The notes under the pieces: model-generated
Told to the model about the DNA's origin: nothing
Database searches by the model: none
The model's input: the letters and a program-made list of their open reading frames with translations, nothing else
Source of the DNA: an uncultured Candidatus Bathyarchaeia archaeon
GTDB lineage: Archaea > Thermoproteota > CALKCG01 > B24
Reading direction: 5' to 3'
Assembly: GCA_964463005.1 (NCBI GenBank)
Contig: CAYWZZ010000002.1
Location: 27,939 to 91,938 of the forward strand
DNA length: 64,000 bases
Position numbers and translations under genes: made by a program
Part shown: in pieces, positions 9,658 to 18,907 of the stretch
How the letters are laid out: every line of letters starts with the position of its first letter
Position numbering within the stretch: position 1 is the stretch's first letter

Positions 9658-10860
9658 TTAGAGTTGAACTTTCTCAAGCTGAGATAATGTTCGCCTACGT
9701 ATCTCCTCAACGTCCTCTTTAATCAATACTCTACCATTGTCCATGTACTTTCTAAGCATAGGCACTGTTTCCCCCCCACAGAACTTACATTTAGGCCGCT
9801 CTTCCCATTCAAGTCTAACGTAATCCGCTAGGCAATTTTCACATCTCCAAACCTGCTTCTTACCTGAAAGCTTACCCCTCTTAGCAATTGGTTTATCTTC
9901 AACGCACACGATGTCCATTGCAAAGTCTATGGTTGGAGCATTACTTATAGACGTGCCGACTCCAAAGCCGTCAGCTCCCGCCTCTACGAGGTCAGGAATA
10001 TTCTCATCATCAAGTCCTCCTGAAACTATGACTTTAACGTGATCATATCCCCTAGTCTTTAGCTCCCACTTAACTTCTCTAACTATCGCTGCGAAGTCTC
10101 CCTTCCTAGAGCCTGGAGTATCCAGTCTTACGCCATAAAGCCTATCGCCCAAGGCTTCAGCAGCCATAATGGCTTCTATCTTCTCATCGTAGAATGTATC
10201 CACTAAAGCTATTCTGGGAACATCTTTCTCGATAAACTCGTCAAAACTCTTCCAAGCTTTCACCTGGTCACCTAAGATTATTATGAGGGCGTGGGGCATA
10301 GTTCCCATAGGCCTCTTATTTATGGTTTCAGCGCCGATAATACTTGATACTCCATCCACACCACCTATGTAGCTTGCTCTGTCTATCATTGGAGCTAAAG
10401 CCGGATGCATTCTACGTATTCCAAATCCTATTACAAGCCTATCTTTAGCAACTTTTCTGATCCTGGCAGACATTGTAGCTATACCGGAGGCTTGACATAG
10501 TAGGCCAAGTAGAGGCGTTTCATATATGCAGAAGTCTCCATAGGGGCCTTCAACTGCCATAACGGGCACTCTTAAACCATCTACATCGAACGGTTTGAAA
10601 ATAGTTCCCTCAGGAAAGGAGAGGACGTTTACTGGAAGCCCCTCTAAAAGCGTTAAAACGTCCTCTAAACCGCAGAGTACCGCCCAGGGCCAATTTCTCG
10701 GTAATTTTCCAGTCGTAACTTCCATTACAACCTTCACTTTATCCATTTTAAGTGCGTCTAGAATTTTCTTCGTACGTATGAAATAGATGTCTGTAGTATA
10801 CCCCTTTTTAATCTCTTCAGGCAATGCTATATGGAAAGGTCTACCATTCATTAAGGTCAC
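9658..10860 (-). CDS. pncB: nicotinate phosphoribosyltransferase (archaeal type with C-terminal Zn ribbon)
   Basis: Colinear with archaeal NAPRTase. C-terminal CENC...CKFCGG ribbon. Confidence 0.75.
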   Translation of the reverse strand: MTLMNGRPFHIALPEEIKKGYTTDIYFIRTKKILDALKMDKVKVVMEVTTGKLPRNWPWAVLCGLEDVLTLLEGLPVNVLSFPEGTIFKPFDVDGLRVPVMAVEGPYGDFCIYETPLLGLLCQASGIATMSARIRKVAKDRLVIGFGIRRMHPALAPMIDRASYIGGVDGVSSIIGAETINKRPMGTMPHALIIILGDQVKAWKSFDEFIEKDVPRIALVDTFYDEKIEAIMAAEALGDRLYGVRLDTPGSRKGDFAAIVREVKWELKTRGYDHVKVIVSGGLDDENIPDLVEAGADGFGVGTSISNAPTIDFAMDIVCVEDKPIAKRGKLSGKKQVWRCENCLADYVRLEWEERPKCKFCGGETVPMLRKYMDNGRVLIKEDVEEIRRRTLSQLEKVQL

Positions 10861-10986
10861 TGACTCAATGCTACTTTCAGAGGATTGCGACCTTTAAGCT
10901 TTTCCAAGTTTTACTTTTAAACAACTTGCATGCTGACCGCTTTTGAAACATTTATAGATTTGTAGCAGTTTTACAATAATCTATAG

Positions 10987-12147
10987 ATGGTTACAAATCT
11001 CCCAGATAAAGCGAAGAGTAAATGGGCTGAAGTTGTGGCCGCTAGAGATATCGAGGATAAGATTAGACTTATGAGGGAATTCCTGTCTATCTGCCCGAAG
11101 CATAAGGGTACCGCTAAACTCATAATCAATGTTAAGAGGAAAATCTCGGCTTTAGAAGAGGAGCTTGAGGCTAAGAAGAGAAAGAGGAAGACGGCTAGAG
11201 ACTTATTCGCCGTCGAGAAGACGGGTGACGTGCAGATAGCGATAGCTGGTTTAACAAACGTCGGCAAAAGTAGCCTCCTATCGGCTTTAACAAACGCTGA
11301 ACCACTCATCAGTGATACACCATATACAACGAATCTTCCAATAGTAGGGACTTTCCATTATGAGGATGTGAATTTTCAGCTTGTAGAATTGCCAGCCTTG
11401 ATGGAGGGGTCTTCCGAGGGAAAGGGTCATGGTTTAAAAGTAATGAATATCATCAGAAATGCCGATGGTCTAATACTCATGATCGATGCTTCAAAAGATC
11501 CAATTAAACAGTGGCGAACACTTACAAGAGAACTTGAAAACTCAAGAATACTCATTAAAAAACCTAGGGGGCATGTAGAGATCTTACGTAAGCCGACCGG
11601 TGTTATAACCATAGGTGGTGGAGGGAGATTCATCGACTGCTCCTTTGAAGAAGTTAAAGAGCTTCTAGAAAGTTATGGTTTTAAATCGGTTTTCGTGAAG
11701 CTTACTGGAGAAGTATCCATGGACGATGTTGAGGACGCAATCTTCGGCATGTCCACCTACAAGCCTACAATAATCTTAGCCAATAAGATGGACCTACCGG
11801 GTTCTAGAGAGAACCTCGACGTACTACTGAACCTCGTCGGAGGATTGAAAGTCGTCCCAGTTTCATGCGTCACCGGAGTGGGATTAAATACCATTGGGGA
11901 AGCTCTTATCGAGACGTTGGAGTTGATAAGAGTATACACTAAACCTATTGGGAGCGTTAAACCAGATCCCAAACCCATAGTTTTGAAGAAAGGTGCTACA
12001 ATCGGTAGTGTTGCTAAGAGCATCCATGGTGAGCTGTATGAAAGGTTTAAGTACGCTAGGATTTGGGGTGGAAATGCCAGAGGTTTAAGGGTTGGTTTAA
12101 ATTATCCCGTTGAAGACGGCTACATAGTTGAAATCCATGTAAGATAG
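10987..12147 (+). CDS. DRG/OBG-family GTPase with C-terminal TGS domain
   Basis: G1 motif GLTNVGKSS, G4 motif NKMD, and a TGS-like C-terminus (IRVYTKP). Confidence 0.75.
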   Translation: MVTNLPDKAKSKWAEVVAARDIEDKIRLMREFLSICPKHKGTAKLIINVKRKISALEEELEAKKRKRKTARDLFAVEKTGDVQIAIAGLTNVGKSSLLSALTNAEPLISDTPYTTNLPIVGTFHYEDVNFQLVELPALMEGSSEGKGHGLKVMNIIRNADGLILMIDASKDPIKQWRTLTRELENSRILIKKPRGHVEILRKPTGVITIGGGGRFIDCSFEEVKELLESYGFKSVFVKLTGEVSMDDVEDAIFGMSTYKPTIILANKMDLPGSRENLDVLLNLVGGLKVVPVSCVTGVGLNTIGEALIETLELIRVYTKPIGSVKPDPKPIVLKKGATIGSVAKSIHGELYERFKYARIWGGNARGLRVGLNYPVEDGYIVEIHVR

Positions 12148-12161
12148 ACGAGGATAAACGT

Positions 12162-13427
12162 TCAGTTTAAAGCCAGTTCAGCACCCATTCGCATAACCAG
12201 TATCCTGCCATTTGGTTTTTCCTTTAGAGCTTCATCTACAGCCTCTTGTAGATCGTTGGCGTAATTGAAGCCGAGCTTGCAAGCTAAACTCTCACTCAAA
12301 CCATCTGAAACGATTATACATTTAGCTCTATCTAAGACCTCCCTAACCATGACTATGTGTGCGGCGGCTATGAGGTCGTCTATAGATCCATCTTCAACCA
12401 TCTTCTTCACAACTGGTATAGGTTGATAACCGAGTTCTTCAACTTCAGGGTGCTCCTTTGAAACACCCTCAGGACATGGTGTTAGAAAAACTATAATCCC
12501 ACCCTTCTTAACGGCTAAAGCCGCTGGAAATAGAGCTTTAACGGCTTGCCACATATCTAAATCAGCAGGGTGACTATCTACAACGACTATGTCAGCTTTC
12601 TCCTCCAACTTAAATTTATAAATCAAATCAACTGTTCTAACAGCCTCTCTATGGGCTTTTACATAATCTCCGAATACTACGTCAACTACTTCTCTATTCC
12701 GATTCAATACAGTGTTTACGATAGCATTTAAGCCGACTTTTGAAGCTATACGCTCCATTTCCCACCTAACAGGGTTTTCAACAACCCCTAAAACCTCCTC
12801 TATAGGTATTAAAGCCGCCTTCCAATGTGTTTCACCAGTGACCTCAGCTCCACATATACCCGGCTGGATTATTTTAGCACCACCGGAGTATCCTGAAACT
12901 CTATGTGGTATAACGTTGCCGATGCCTATTTTAAAGTCCGCCTCCACCACATGCTTATTGACTTTCACAGGAGTCCCTGAATCAGTTAGACCTACTTCAA
13001 CGAGCTCATCTTCATTCCTCCACATGTGGTTTATAACCTCATATTCTTCAACGACTTCTTTTCCAAGCTTATTTTCAAGCTCCTCCTTCGTCATGGGTCT
13101 ATGTGTTCCTAAGGCCACCACTATCTTAATATTTTCACGTTTAACACCAGCCTCCTCAAATTCAGCTAGAATGTGAGGTATTACTCTATCCACTGGACAT
13201 ACTCTTGTATTATCTTCCGATATTACGGCGATTGTCATATTCGGCTTAACGTAATCTCTGATTCTCACATACCCTATGGGCTTCATTAGAGATTCTTTAA
13301 CAGCTACGTCTAAATGCTTAACAGGTTTTACACGCCGCGGCTCTATAATCCCTAAGACTCTACCTTCATCTACTTCAAATTCTCTACTCTCAATGCCGTA
13401 GTGCATAGTTACAGTACGTTTTTGCAT
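12162..13427 (-). CDS. LarA-like (lactate racemase domain, DUF2088) nickel-pincer enzyme family protein
   Basis: Size (421 aa) and overall similarity to LarA N- and C-terminal domains. Confidence 0.6.
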   Translation of the reverse strand: MQKRTVTMHYGIESREFEVDEGRVLGIIEPRRVKPVKHLDVAVKESLMKPIGYVRIRDYVKPNMTIAVISEDNTRVCPVDRVIPHILAEFEEAGVKRENIKIVVALGTHRPMTKEELENKLGKEVVEEYEVINHMWRNEDELVEVGLTDSGTPVKVNKHVVEADFKIGIGNVIPHRVSGYSGGAKIIQPGICGAEVTGETHWKAALIPIEEVLGVVENPVRWEMERIASKVGLNAIVNTVLNRNREVVDVVFGDYVKAHREAVRTVDLIYKFKLEEKADIVVVDSHPADLDMWQAVKALFPAALAVKKGGIIVFLTPCPEGVSKEHPEVEELGYQPIPVVKKMVEDGSIDDLIAAAHIVMVREVLDRAKCIIVSDGLSESLACKLGFNYANDLQEAVDEALKEKPNGRILVMRMGAELALN

Positions 13428-13454
13428 TTAAACACCGCTCCATTAGGAAGAGTC

Positions 13455-13685
13455 TTAAGAGATTACTATAAGCGTTACCGTTGACTTTACACCTTCAATA
13501 CGTCTCAAACGGGTGGATATTACACTTCTAAGTTCTTCGAGATCTTCCGCCTCCACCTTTGCGATTATATCGTAGACGCCGTATACAATAAATGCCTCTT
13601 TAACATTCTTCGTCTTCTTCAATTTTTCAAGAATTGCTTCTTCAAATCCAGCTTCCGTATTAATGAGTACTAAAGCTATGTTCAT
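13455..13685 (-). CDS. stand-alone Lrp/AsnC ligand-binding (RAM) domain protein
   Basis: 76 aa with a beta-alpha-beta-beta-alpha-beta RAM-domain pattern (VLINTEAG..., IVYGVYDIIAKVEAEDLEEL). Confidence 0.6.
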   Translation of the reverse strand: MNIALVLINTEAGFEEAILEKLKKTKNVKEAFIVYGVYDIIAKVEAEDLEELRSVISTRLRRIEGVKSTVTLIVIS

Positions 13686-13747
13686 AACGGCTCAAGTATA
13701 CTTTAGTGTTAAAGAATTTATGAATTTTTATTCAGCACTTTTCTACG

Positions 13748-13775
13748 AATTTTACGAATACGCGTTCGTAAAATT
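13748..13775. promoter_or_regulatory. perfect 11-bp inverted repeat AATTTTACGAA-N6-TTCGTAAAATT in a divergent promoter region
   Basis: Read directly from the sequence. It lies between the Lrp-like gene (minus) and the ferredoxin/AOR locus (plus). Confidence 0.6.
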
Positions 13776-13832
13776 TTCTTATAGACCTCTACTTGAAAAA
13801 CTTAATAGCACTCGAAAGTAGATTTTGACTAT

Positions 13833-14243
13833 ATGTCTGCTAAAAGAGTATCTGTATTAGATAGTGACCGTTGTGTAGGCTGTCAGCTTTGCATGTTTGC
13901 ATGCAACAGAAGACTTGGATATAGTGGCTTAGGCCTTTCAGCCATACTTGTTAAATCTATAGGCGGTATCGAAAAGGGGTTTACAGTCATAGTATGTAGA
14001 GCTTGTCCAGATCCACCATGTCAGAAGGTATGTCCCACTGGGGCTTTAACTGTAAGGGTGGGCGGTGGAGTTAAATTAAACCCAGATAAATGTATTGGAT
14101 GTGGGCACTGTAGGGAGGCTTGTCCTTTTGGAGCTATATTTTGGAATTATGAGCTTAACAAGCCTATAGTATGTTTATACTGCGGCTACTGTGTAAAGTA
14201 CTGTCCTTATAAGATTCTAGCGTTTGAAGAGGTGAGAAGATGA
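13833..14243 (+). CDS. poly-[4Fe-4S] ferredoxin (AOR-associated electron-transfer subunit)
   Basis: Four Cys-rich cluster motifs (CVGCQLCMFAC, CRACPDPPC, CIGCGHCREACP, CLYCGYCVKYCP). Translationally coupled to the downstream AOR locus, with stop and start overlapping. Confidence 0.8.
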   Translation: MSAKRVSVLDSDRCVGCQLCMFACNRRLGYSGLGLSAILVKSIGGIEKGFTVIVCRACPDPPCQKVCPTGALTVRVGGGVKLNPDKCIGCGHCREACPFGAIFWNYELNKPIVCLYCGYCVKYCPYKILAFEEVRR

Positions 14244-15968
14244 CGTATGGGAAAGTCCTCAATATAGATTTATCTAGAAAACGGAGCTGGGTTGAAGATC
14301 GCTCTGAGCTCTTCGACAGTAGAATTGGAGGAGTCAGTGTCGGTATAAAGCTTTTAGAGGAAGAATTGCCTAAATCTGCAGACCCACTAGGACCCGAAAA
14401 CGTCATAGTCTTTACTGTTGGACTTCTCACAGGGGTATATCCTATGGCTTCGAAAACGATAGCATTATTTAAATCACCTTTAACTGGAAACCTCGGTGAA
14501 AGCCACGCTGGCGGTAGAAGCGCCGTAGCTATAAGGTCAGCAGGCTATGAAGCCATAGTTATCAAAGGTGCTAGTGAAACCCCAATATATGTAGCTATTC
14601 ACGGCGAGAGAGTCTTCTTTAGAGATGCTTCAGGTCTATGGAGTGTGGGTAGTAGTTTAACTGTTGGAAGAGTGATACGTGAAAGGGAGCCTGGTGCTGG
14701 TATTAGGTCGATAATGCGTATAGGAATTGCTGGTGAAAGATTGGTTAGGTATGCGTGTGTAACAACTGAAACCTATAGACATTTCGGTAGGCTTGGGTTG
14801 GGAGCGTATTCGGCAGTAAGAAGCTTAAAGCACTGGTGATATCGGGGGCGAGAACCATACCAGTTAAAGACGTTAAAACCTATAGAATGCTTTACGACGA
14901 GATATTTAACGCGGCTACTAGAACAGCGATTATGCGTAAGTATCATGACATAGGAACCTCTATGAATGTTTCCTCTAAATGAGATAGGAGGTCTTCCAAC
15001 TAGAAACCTCAAGGAGGCCAAGTTTGAAGGTGCTGAGAAAATCTCTGGTGAATTTCTCGTTGAGAACTATCTGGGACGTAGAGTCGCATGTAGCCACTGT
15101 CCAGTAGCCTGCATACATTTGGCAGCGTTAAGGGAACCGTATGAAGATGAACCGTACTTTTACAAGACGACTGTGAGCTTATTTACTCTTTAGGCTCTAT
15201 GCTCGGCATATCAGATACAGAGGGTATGCTTAGGCTTTTCCACGAAGTTGAAGTTTTAGGCGTAGACGCTATATCTACTGGTGTTGTTTTAGCGTGGATG
15301 ACTGAAGCATTTGAGAAGGGTTTAGTATCTGAAAGTGAGATGGCTGGTTTGAAGCCTAAATGGGGTGATTGGAAGACTTATCTTAAAGCAATGAGGTTTA
15401 TCGTAGAGCAACCAACGGAATTTTACAGAGACCTCGCTATGGGTGTAAAGCATGCCTCAAACAGGTATGGTGGAGCCGAGTATGCGCTGTCTTTCGGTGG
15501 GAATGAAATGCCGGGCTATCATACCGGTCCGGCTGCTCATCTAGGGTTTCTAACGGGTGCTAGACACAGCCATTTAGATTCAGCTGGTTATAGTTTAGAC
15601 CAGAAGATTTTAAAGGAGAACCGTAAACCATCTGTTGAAGAAGTGGTCGATTATCTACTTGAGGAAGAGTCTTGGCGTCAGATACTCTCGAGTTTAGTTG
15701 TCTGCTTCTTCGCTAGGGGTATATATAATCCTACGTTAACGGAGAATGCTCTGAAGACTGTCGGCTATGGGTTTAGCTCAGACGATCTTGTGAAGCTGGG
15801 GTTGAAATTCTCAGAGATAAAAACAGGTTTAAATTTAGAGAGGGGTTTAAGATTGAAGATTTAAAGATGGCTGAGAGAGTATATGAAACCATATCTCCTC
15901 TAGGTCCTATAGATAGGGAGTTTGTGAAGAAGGCCGTAGACCTATTCTATCTTAAAATTGGTCTATAA
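14240..15968 (+). pseudogene. aldehyde:ferredoxin oxidoreductase (AOR family) split into 5 frames by 4 single-base frameshifts
   Basis: The fragments 14240-14839, 14821-14982, 14966-15193, 15151-15864 and 15840-15968 align colinearly, with no gaps, to the intact AOR at 41476-43311 (GSKKLKALVISGART, GTSMNVFPLNEIGGLPTRN, DDCELIYSLGSMLGISD, PLGPIDREF...). Three of the four shifts are repaired by adding one base to a T4, T4 or G4 run. The C-terminus is about 25 aa shorter than the paralog. Confidence 0.7.
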
Positions 15969-17372
15969 GGCCTCGGCTATTTTAATCACTTTCAACGCTA
16001 CGTCTAAAGCATCCACTCCTAAGACGGTTATCATGGGTTCTTTGCCCCAATCCCCTTCATGATATATGATGTCTGGAACAGTTCCCTCTAAGGCTTTAAT
16101 CGCCTGCTCTGCACCCCAGCTTGTAGACAGCCCTTCCTTGCTTTTAATATCCATAGGCTCAAGCCTTCTATCGTAGCTTGAAATTTTAAAACCGAGCCTT
16201 CGGCAGGCTTCAAGTATATGCTTATCCATTTTTATGTTCATACCAGCTCTTATACTTGGATTGAACTTCATAGCCGTTAAGACTGTTGCGGCTACATGCC
16301 GTGAAACACCGTAGCTAGGCTCCATGACAGCCTTAACCTTATCTTGAACTTTAACTATTCTACCCGGTATTCCAGCCACTTCAGAGAAGTCTCTAGCATA
16401 ACTTAACGCCATAACTAAATTTGATGAAGTTTCAGGTATGAGCTTTGAAACCTTAGGGTTCTCCTCTAAAAGCTTAACCGCGGATCTAACGTTTACGATG
16501 ACATCCCATTTCTCAGAGTTCATGTACAGGGATGCCATTGGGTTGACTGGTTTAACGCCTAAGCCTATAGAATGGTGGTAGGTTATAGCCTTCTCCACGA
16601 AGTCTTTAGCTTTCTTGATTGCTTCTTGAACTGTTTGACCCTTCGCAAGCCAAGCCGCTATAGCGGCTGAGAAGCAACACCCAGCTCCGTGGAATACACC
16701 TTCAATTCTAGAGCCTGTTAATCTGATTATTTCCCCGTTGCAAAAGACCACATCTATGGGCTCTCCTCTCAAATGTCCACCTTTAACGACAACTGCTTTA
16801 GGACCGTAGGATGCTATCAATCTAGCCGCTTTCTCAGCGTCGCTGATGTTTTCGATTTTAAAACCAGCTATCTTGGAGGCTTCACCTATATTCGGTGTTA
16901 CAACCGTAGCTATCGGTATAAGCTTCTCAATAATGGTTTTATAAGCGTTTTCTGAAGCTAATTTAAAGCCTGTTCCAGCTATGTAAACCGGGTCTACCAC
17001 AATTGGTTTATCGGCTTTCTCAAGTAGTTTAACGACCTTGTCTACTATCGGTTTTGAAGGCAATAATCCGGTTTTAACGGAGTCGAAGCCTATATCTTCA
17101 AAAACTGCTTTATACTGGGCTTCGATGAGTTTTGAAGGTAGGGGGGTGACTCTGTATACGCCCATTGTATTCTGAGCCGTTATACAAGTGATAACGGTTA
17201 AACCGTAGACTCCTAGAGATGAAAAAGTCTTTAAATCTGCCTGTATCCCAGCACCAGCTGAACTGTCTGAGCCTGCTATGCTTAGAGCTCTGGGTTCCAG
17301 TTTACGCTTAGGCAACAGCTTCACCGCGCCATATACTTCCTCACGATTTTTAATGCACAGTATGGCCCGCAC
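15963..17372 (-). CDS. thiDN: bifunctional HMP/HMP-P kinase ThiD fused to archaeal thiamine-phosphate synthase ThiN
   Basis: N-terminal ThiD (SIAGSDSSAGAGIQADLKT) plus a C-terminal domain of about 200 aa of ThiN type. Confidence 0.75.
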   Translation of the reverse strand: MRAILCIKNREEVYGAVKLLPKRKLEPRALSIAGSDSSAGAGIQADLKTFSSLGVYGLTVITCITAQNTMGVYRVTPLPSKLIEAQYKAVFEDIGFDSVKTGLLPSKPIVDKVVKLLEKADKPIVVDPVYIAGTGFKLASENAYKTIIEKLIPIATVVTPNIGEASKIAGFKIENISDAEKAARLIASYGPKAVVVKGGHLRGEPIDVVFCNGEIIRLTGSRIEGVFHGAGCCFSAAIAAWLAKGQTVQEAIKKAKDFVEKAITYHHSIGLGVKPVNPMASLYMNSEKWDVIVNVRSAVKLLEENPKVSKLIPETSSNLVMALSYARDFSEVAGIPGRIVKVQDKVKAVMEPSYGVSRHVAATVLTAMKFNPSIRAGMNIKMDKHILEACRRLGFKISSYDRRLEPMDIKSKEGLSTSWGAEQAIKALEGTVPDIIYHEGDWGKEPMITVLGVDALDVALKVIKIAEAL

Positions 17373-18619
17373 ATGCTACATGCACCTGAAGGGGATTTAG
17401 CAAACCCGTGAATGGCTTCGGCTCTCTCAGGATTTACAGACAATTCTATTTGGGTTTTCCAATCTAGTTTAAGCCTAGCTTTAGCCATTTCCAAGTCTAA
17501 AGTTGAAGCCCTTTCACCGAGTTTAACTATATCAGCAGCATGTCCAGCTATCTTAGCGGCTATAACTCCCTCTTCTATGTCTTCAAGTCTTGGAAGTCCT
17601 AGGTGTTCGGCGGGTGTTACTACGCATAGAAAATCTGCGCCCGCTAAGGCTGCTACGGCTCCGCCGATTGCAGCTGCTATGTGGTCGTAAGACGATGCTA
17701 TGTCCGTCGGTATTGGGCCTAAAACGTAGTATGGGGCGCCCTTACATAAGTGCTTCTCCATTCTAACGTTGACTGGTATCTGGTCTAGAGGCATGTGTCC
17801 AGGTCCTTCAACCATACATTGAACACCCTTTCCCCTAGCTTCCTCCACCAGTCTGGCTACTATTAGAAGCTCCATATTCATCAAACTATCGAAGGAATCT
17901 GCTATGCAACCCGGCCTCAATGCGTCTCCCAGGCTTAAACACACGTCGTATTCTCTAGCGAGTTCAAGCAGGTAATGGAAGTTTTTATAAAGCGGATTTT
18001 CATCGTCTCTAGCAATCATCCACGCTGCGTGGAAGCATCCACCTCTACTGACGATCGGTAGGATCCTCCTGCTTTTAATCAAGAGCTTAACGGCTTCCAG
18101 CGTGATTCCGCAGTGTACGGTTATGAAGTCGACACCGTCTTTAAGGTGTTTCTCTATGGTGTTGAACATGTCATCTTCAGTTATATCTGGAATTTTCCTA
18201 TTCTTTCTAAGAGCTTCTATGAATGCCTGATATATGGGGACTGTACCCAAGGGCACATCCATCTCCTTCAGTATTCTACTCCTCACAACATCGAGTTCTC
18301 CACCAGTAGATAGATCCATTAAAGTATCTGAGCCAAGTTTAACCGCAAGCTTAGCCTTCTTCAATTCAAAATCGGGGTCGCAAAAGTCCTGCGACGTACC
18401 GATGTTTGTATTAATCTTAACGGTTAAGCCCTCTCCAATACCGACCGGCTTAGCCCTACGGGAGATGTTTCTTGGTATAACTATGAGACCTCTTGCAACA
18501 CGTTCTCTAACTTTTTCAGCCGTAATACGTTCTGCTTCAGCAACTGCTTTAACCTCTTCCGTAATAACTCCTCTTCTAGCGGCATCGACTAGCGTCCCCA
18601 AAAAGAGAGCAACCTCCAA
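17321..18619 (-). CDS. thiC: phosphomethylpyrimidine synthase
   Basis: ThiC core similarity. C-terminal CSMCGPYC Fe-S motif. Confidence 0.8.
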   Translation of the reverse strand: MEVALFLGTLVDAARRGVITEEVKAVAEAERITAEKVRERVARGLIVIPRNISRRAKPVGIGEGLTVKINTNIGTSQDFCDPDFELKKAKLAVKLGSDTLMDLSTGGELDVVRSRILKEMDVPLGTVPIYQAFIEALRKNRKIPDITEDDMFNTIEKHLKDGVDFITVHCGITLEAVKLLIKSRRILPIVSRGGCFHAAWMIARDDENPLYKNFHYLLELAREYDVCLSLGDALRPGCIADSFDSLMNMELLIVARLVEEARGKGVQCMVEGPGHMPLDQIPVNVRMEKHLCKGAPYYVLGPIPTDIASSYDHIAAAIGGAVAALAGADFLCVVTPAEHLGLPRLEDIEEGVIAAKIAGHAADIVKLGERASTLDLEMAKARLKLDWKTQIELSVNPERAEAIHGFAKSPSGACSMCGPYCALKIVRKYMAR

Positions 18620-18701
18620 GCCTAATTTAATGGCTTAACCGATAATTTAAACGTTACCAAAGATTATCCAGCCGACCGAAAATTTAAAATAAGAAATATA
18701 A

Positions 18702-18730
18702 TTTCAATAAAAAATGATTTCAATAAAAAC
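18702..18730 (+). promoter_or_regulatory. tandem direct repeat TTTCAATAAAAA x2 (TATA-like) immediately upstream of tRNA-Lys
   Basis: Read from the sequence (18702-18714 and 18718-18730). AT-rich TATA-like element 20-30 nt upstream of the tRNA 5' end. Confidence 0.35.
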
Positions 18731-18732
18731 TG

Positions 18733-18806
18733 GGGCCCGTAGCTCAGAACGGTAGAGCGGCAGGCTCTTAACCTGTTGGTCGGGGGTTCGATTCCCCCCG
18801 GGCCCG
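18733..18806 (+). tRNA. tRNA-Lys (anticodon CTT), no encoded CCA
   Basis: Folded by hand. Acceptor stem GGGCCCG/CGGGCCC, D-stem GCTC/GAGC, anticodon stem GCAGG/CCTGT, anticodon loop CTCTTAA, T-arm GGGGG-TTCGATT-CCCCC, discriminator G. Confidence 0.85.
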
Positions 18807-18907
18807 CTACCTTCCGGAAAACTGGGATTCGGTTTATTAGCATTGTGAAAAAATTAGGAGAATCAAATATAACTTAGTGTTCTAATATCATAGTTGAGGG
18901 TGTTTAT

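Noticed and set aside
12712-13176. 154-aa plus-strand ORF
   Set aside because: Antisense within larA-like. Ser/Thr/Pro-rich shadow ORF.
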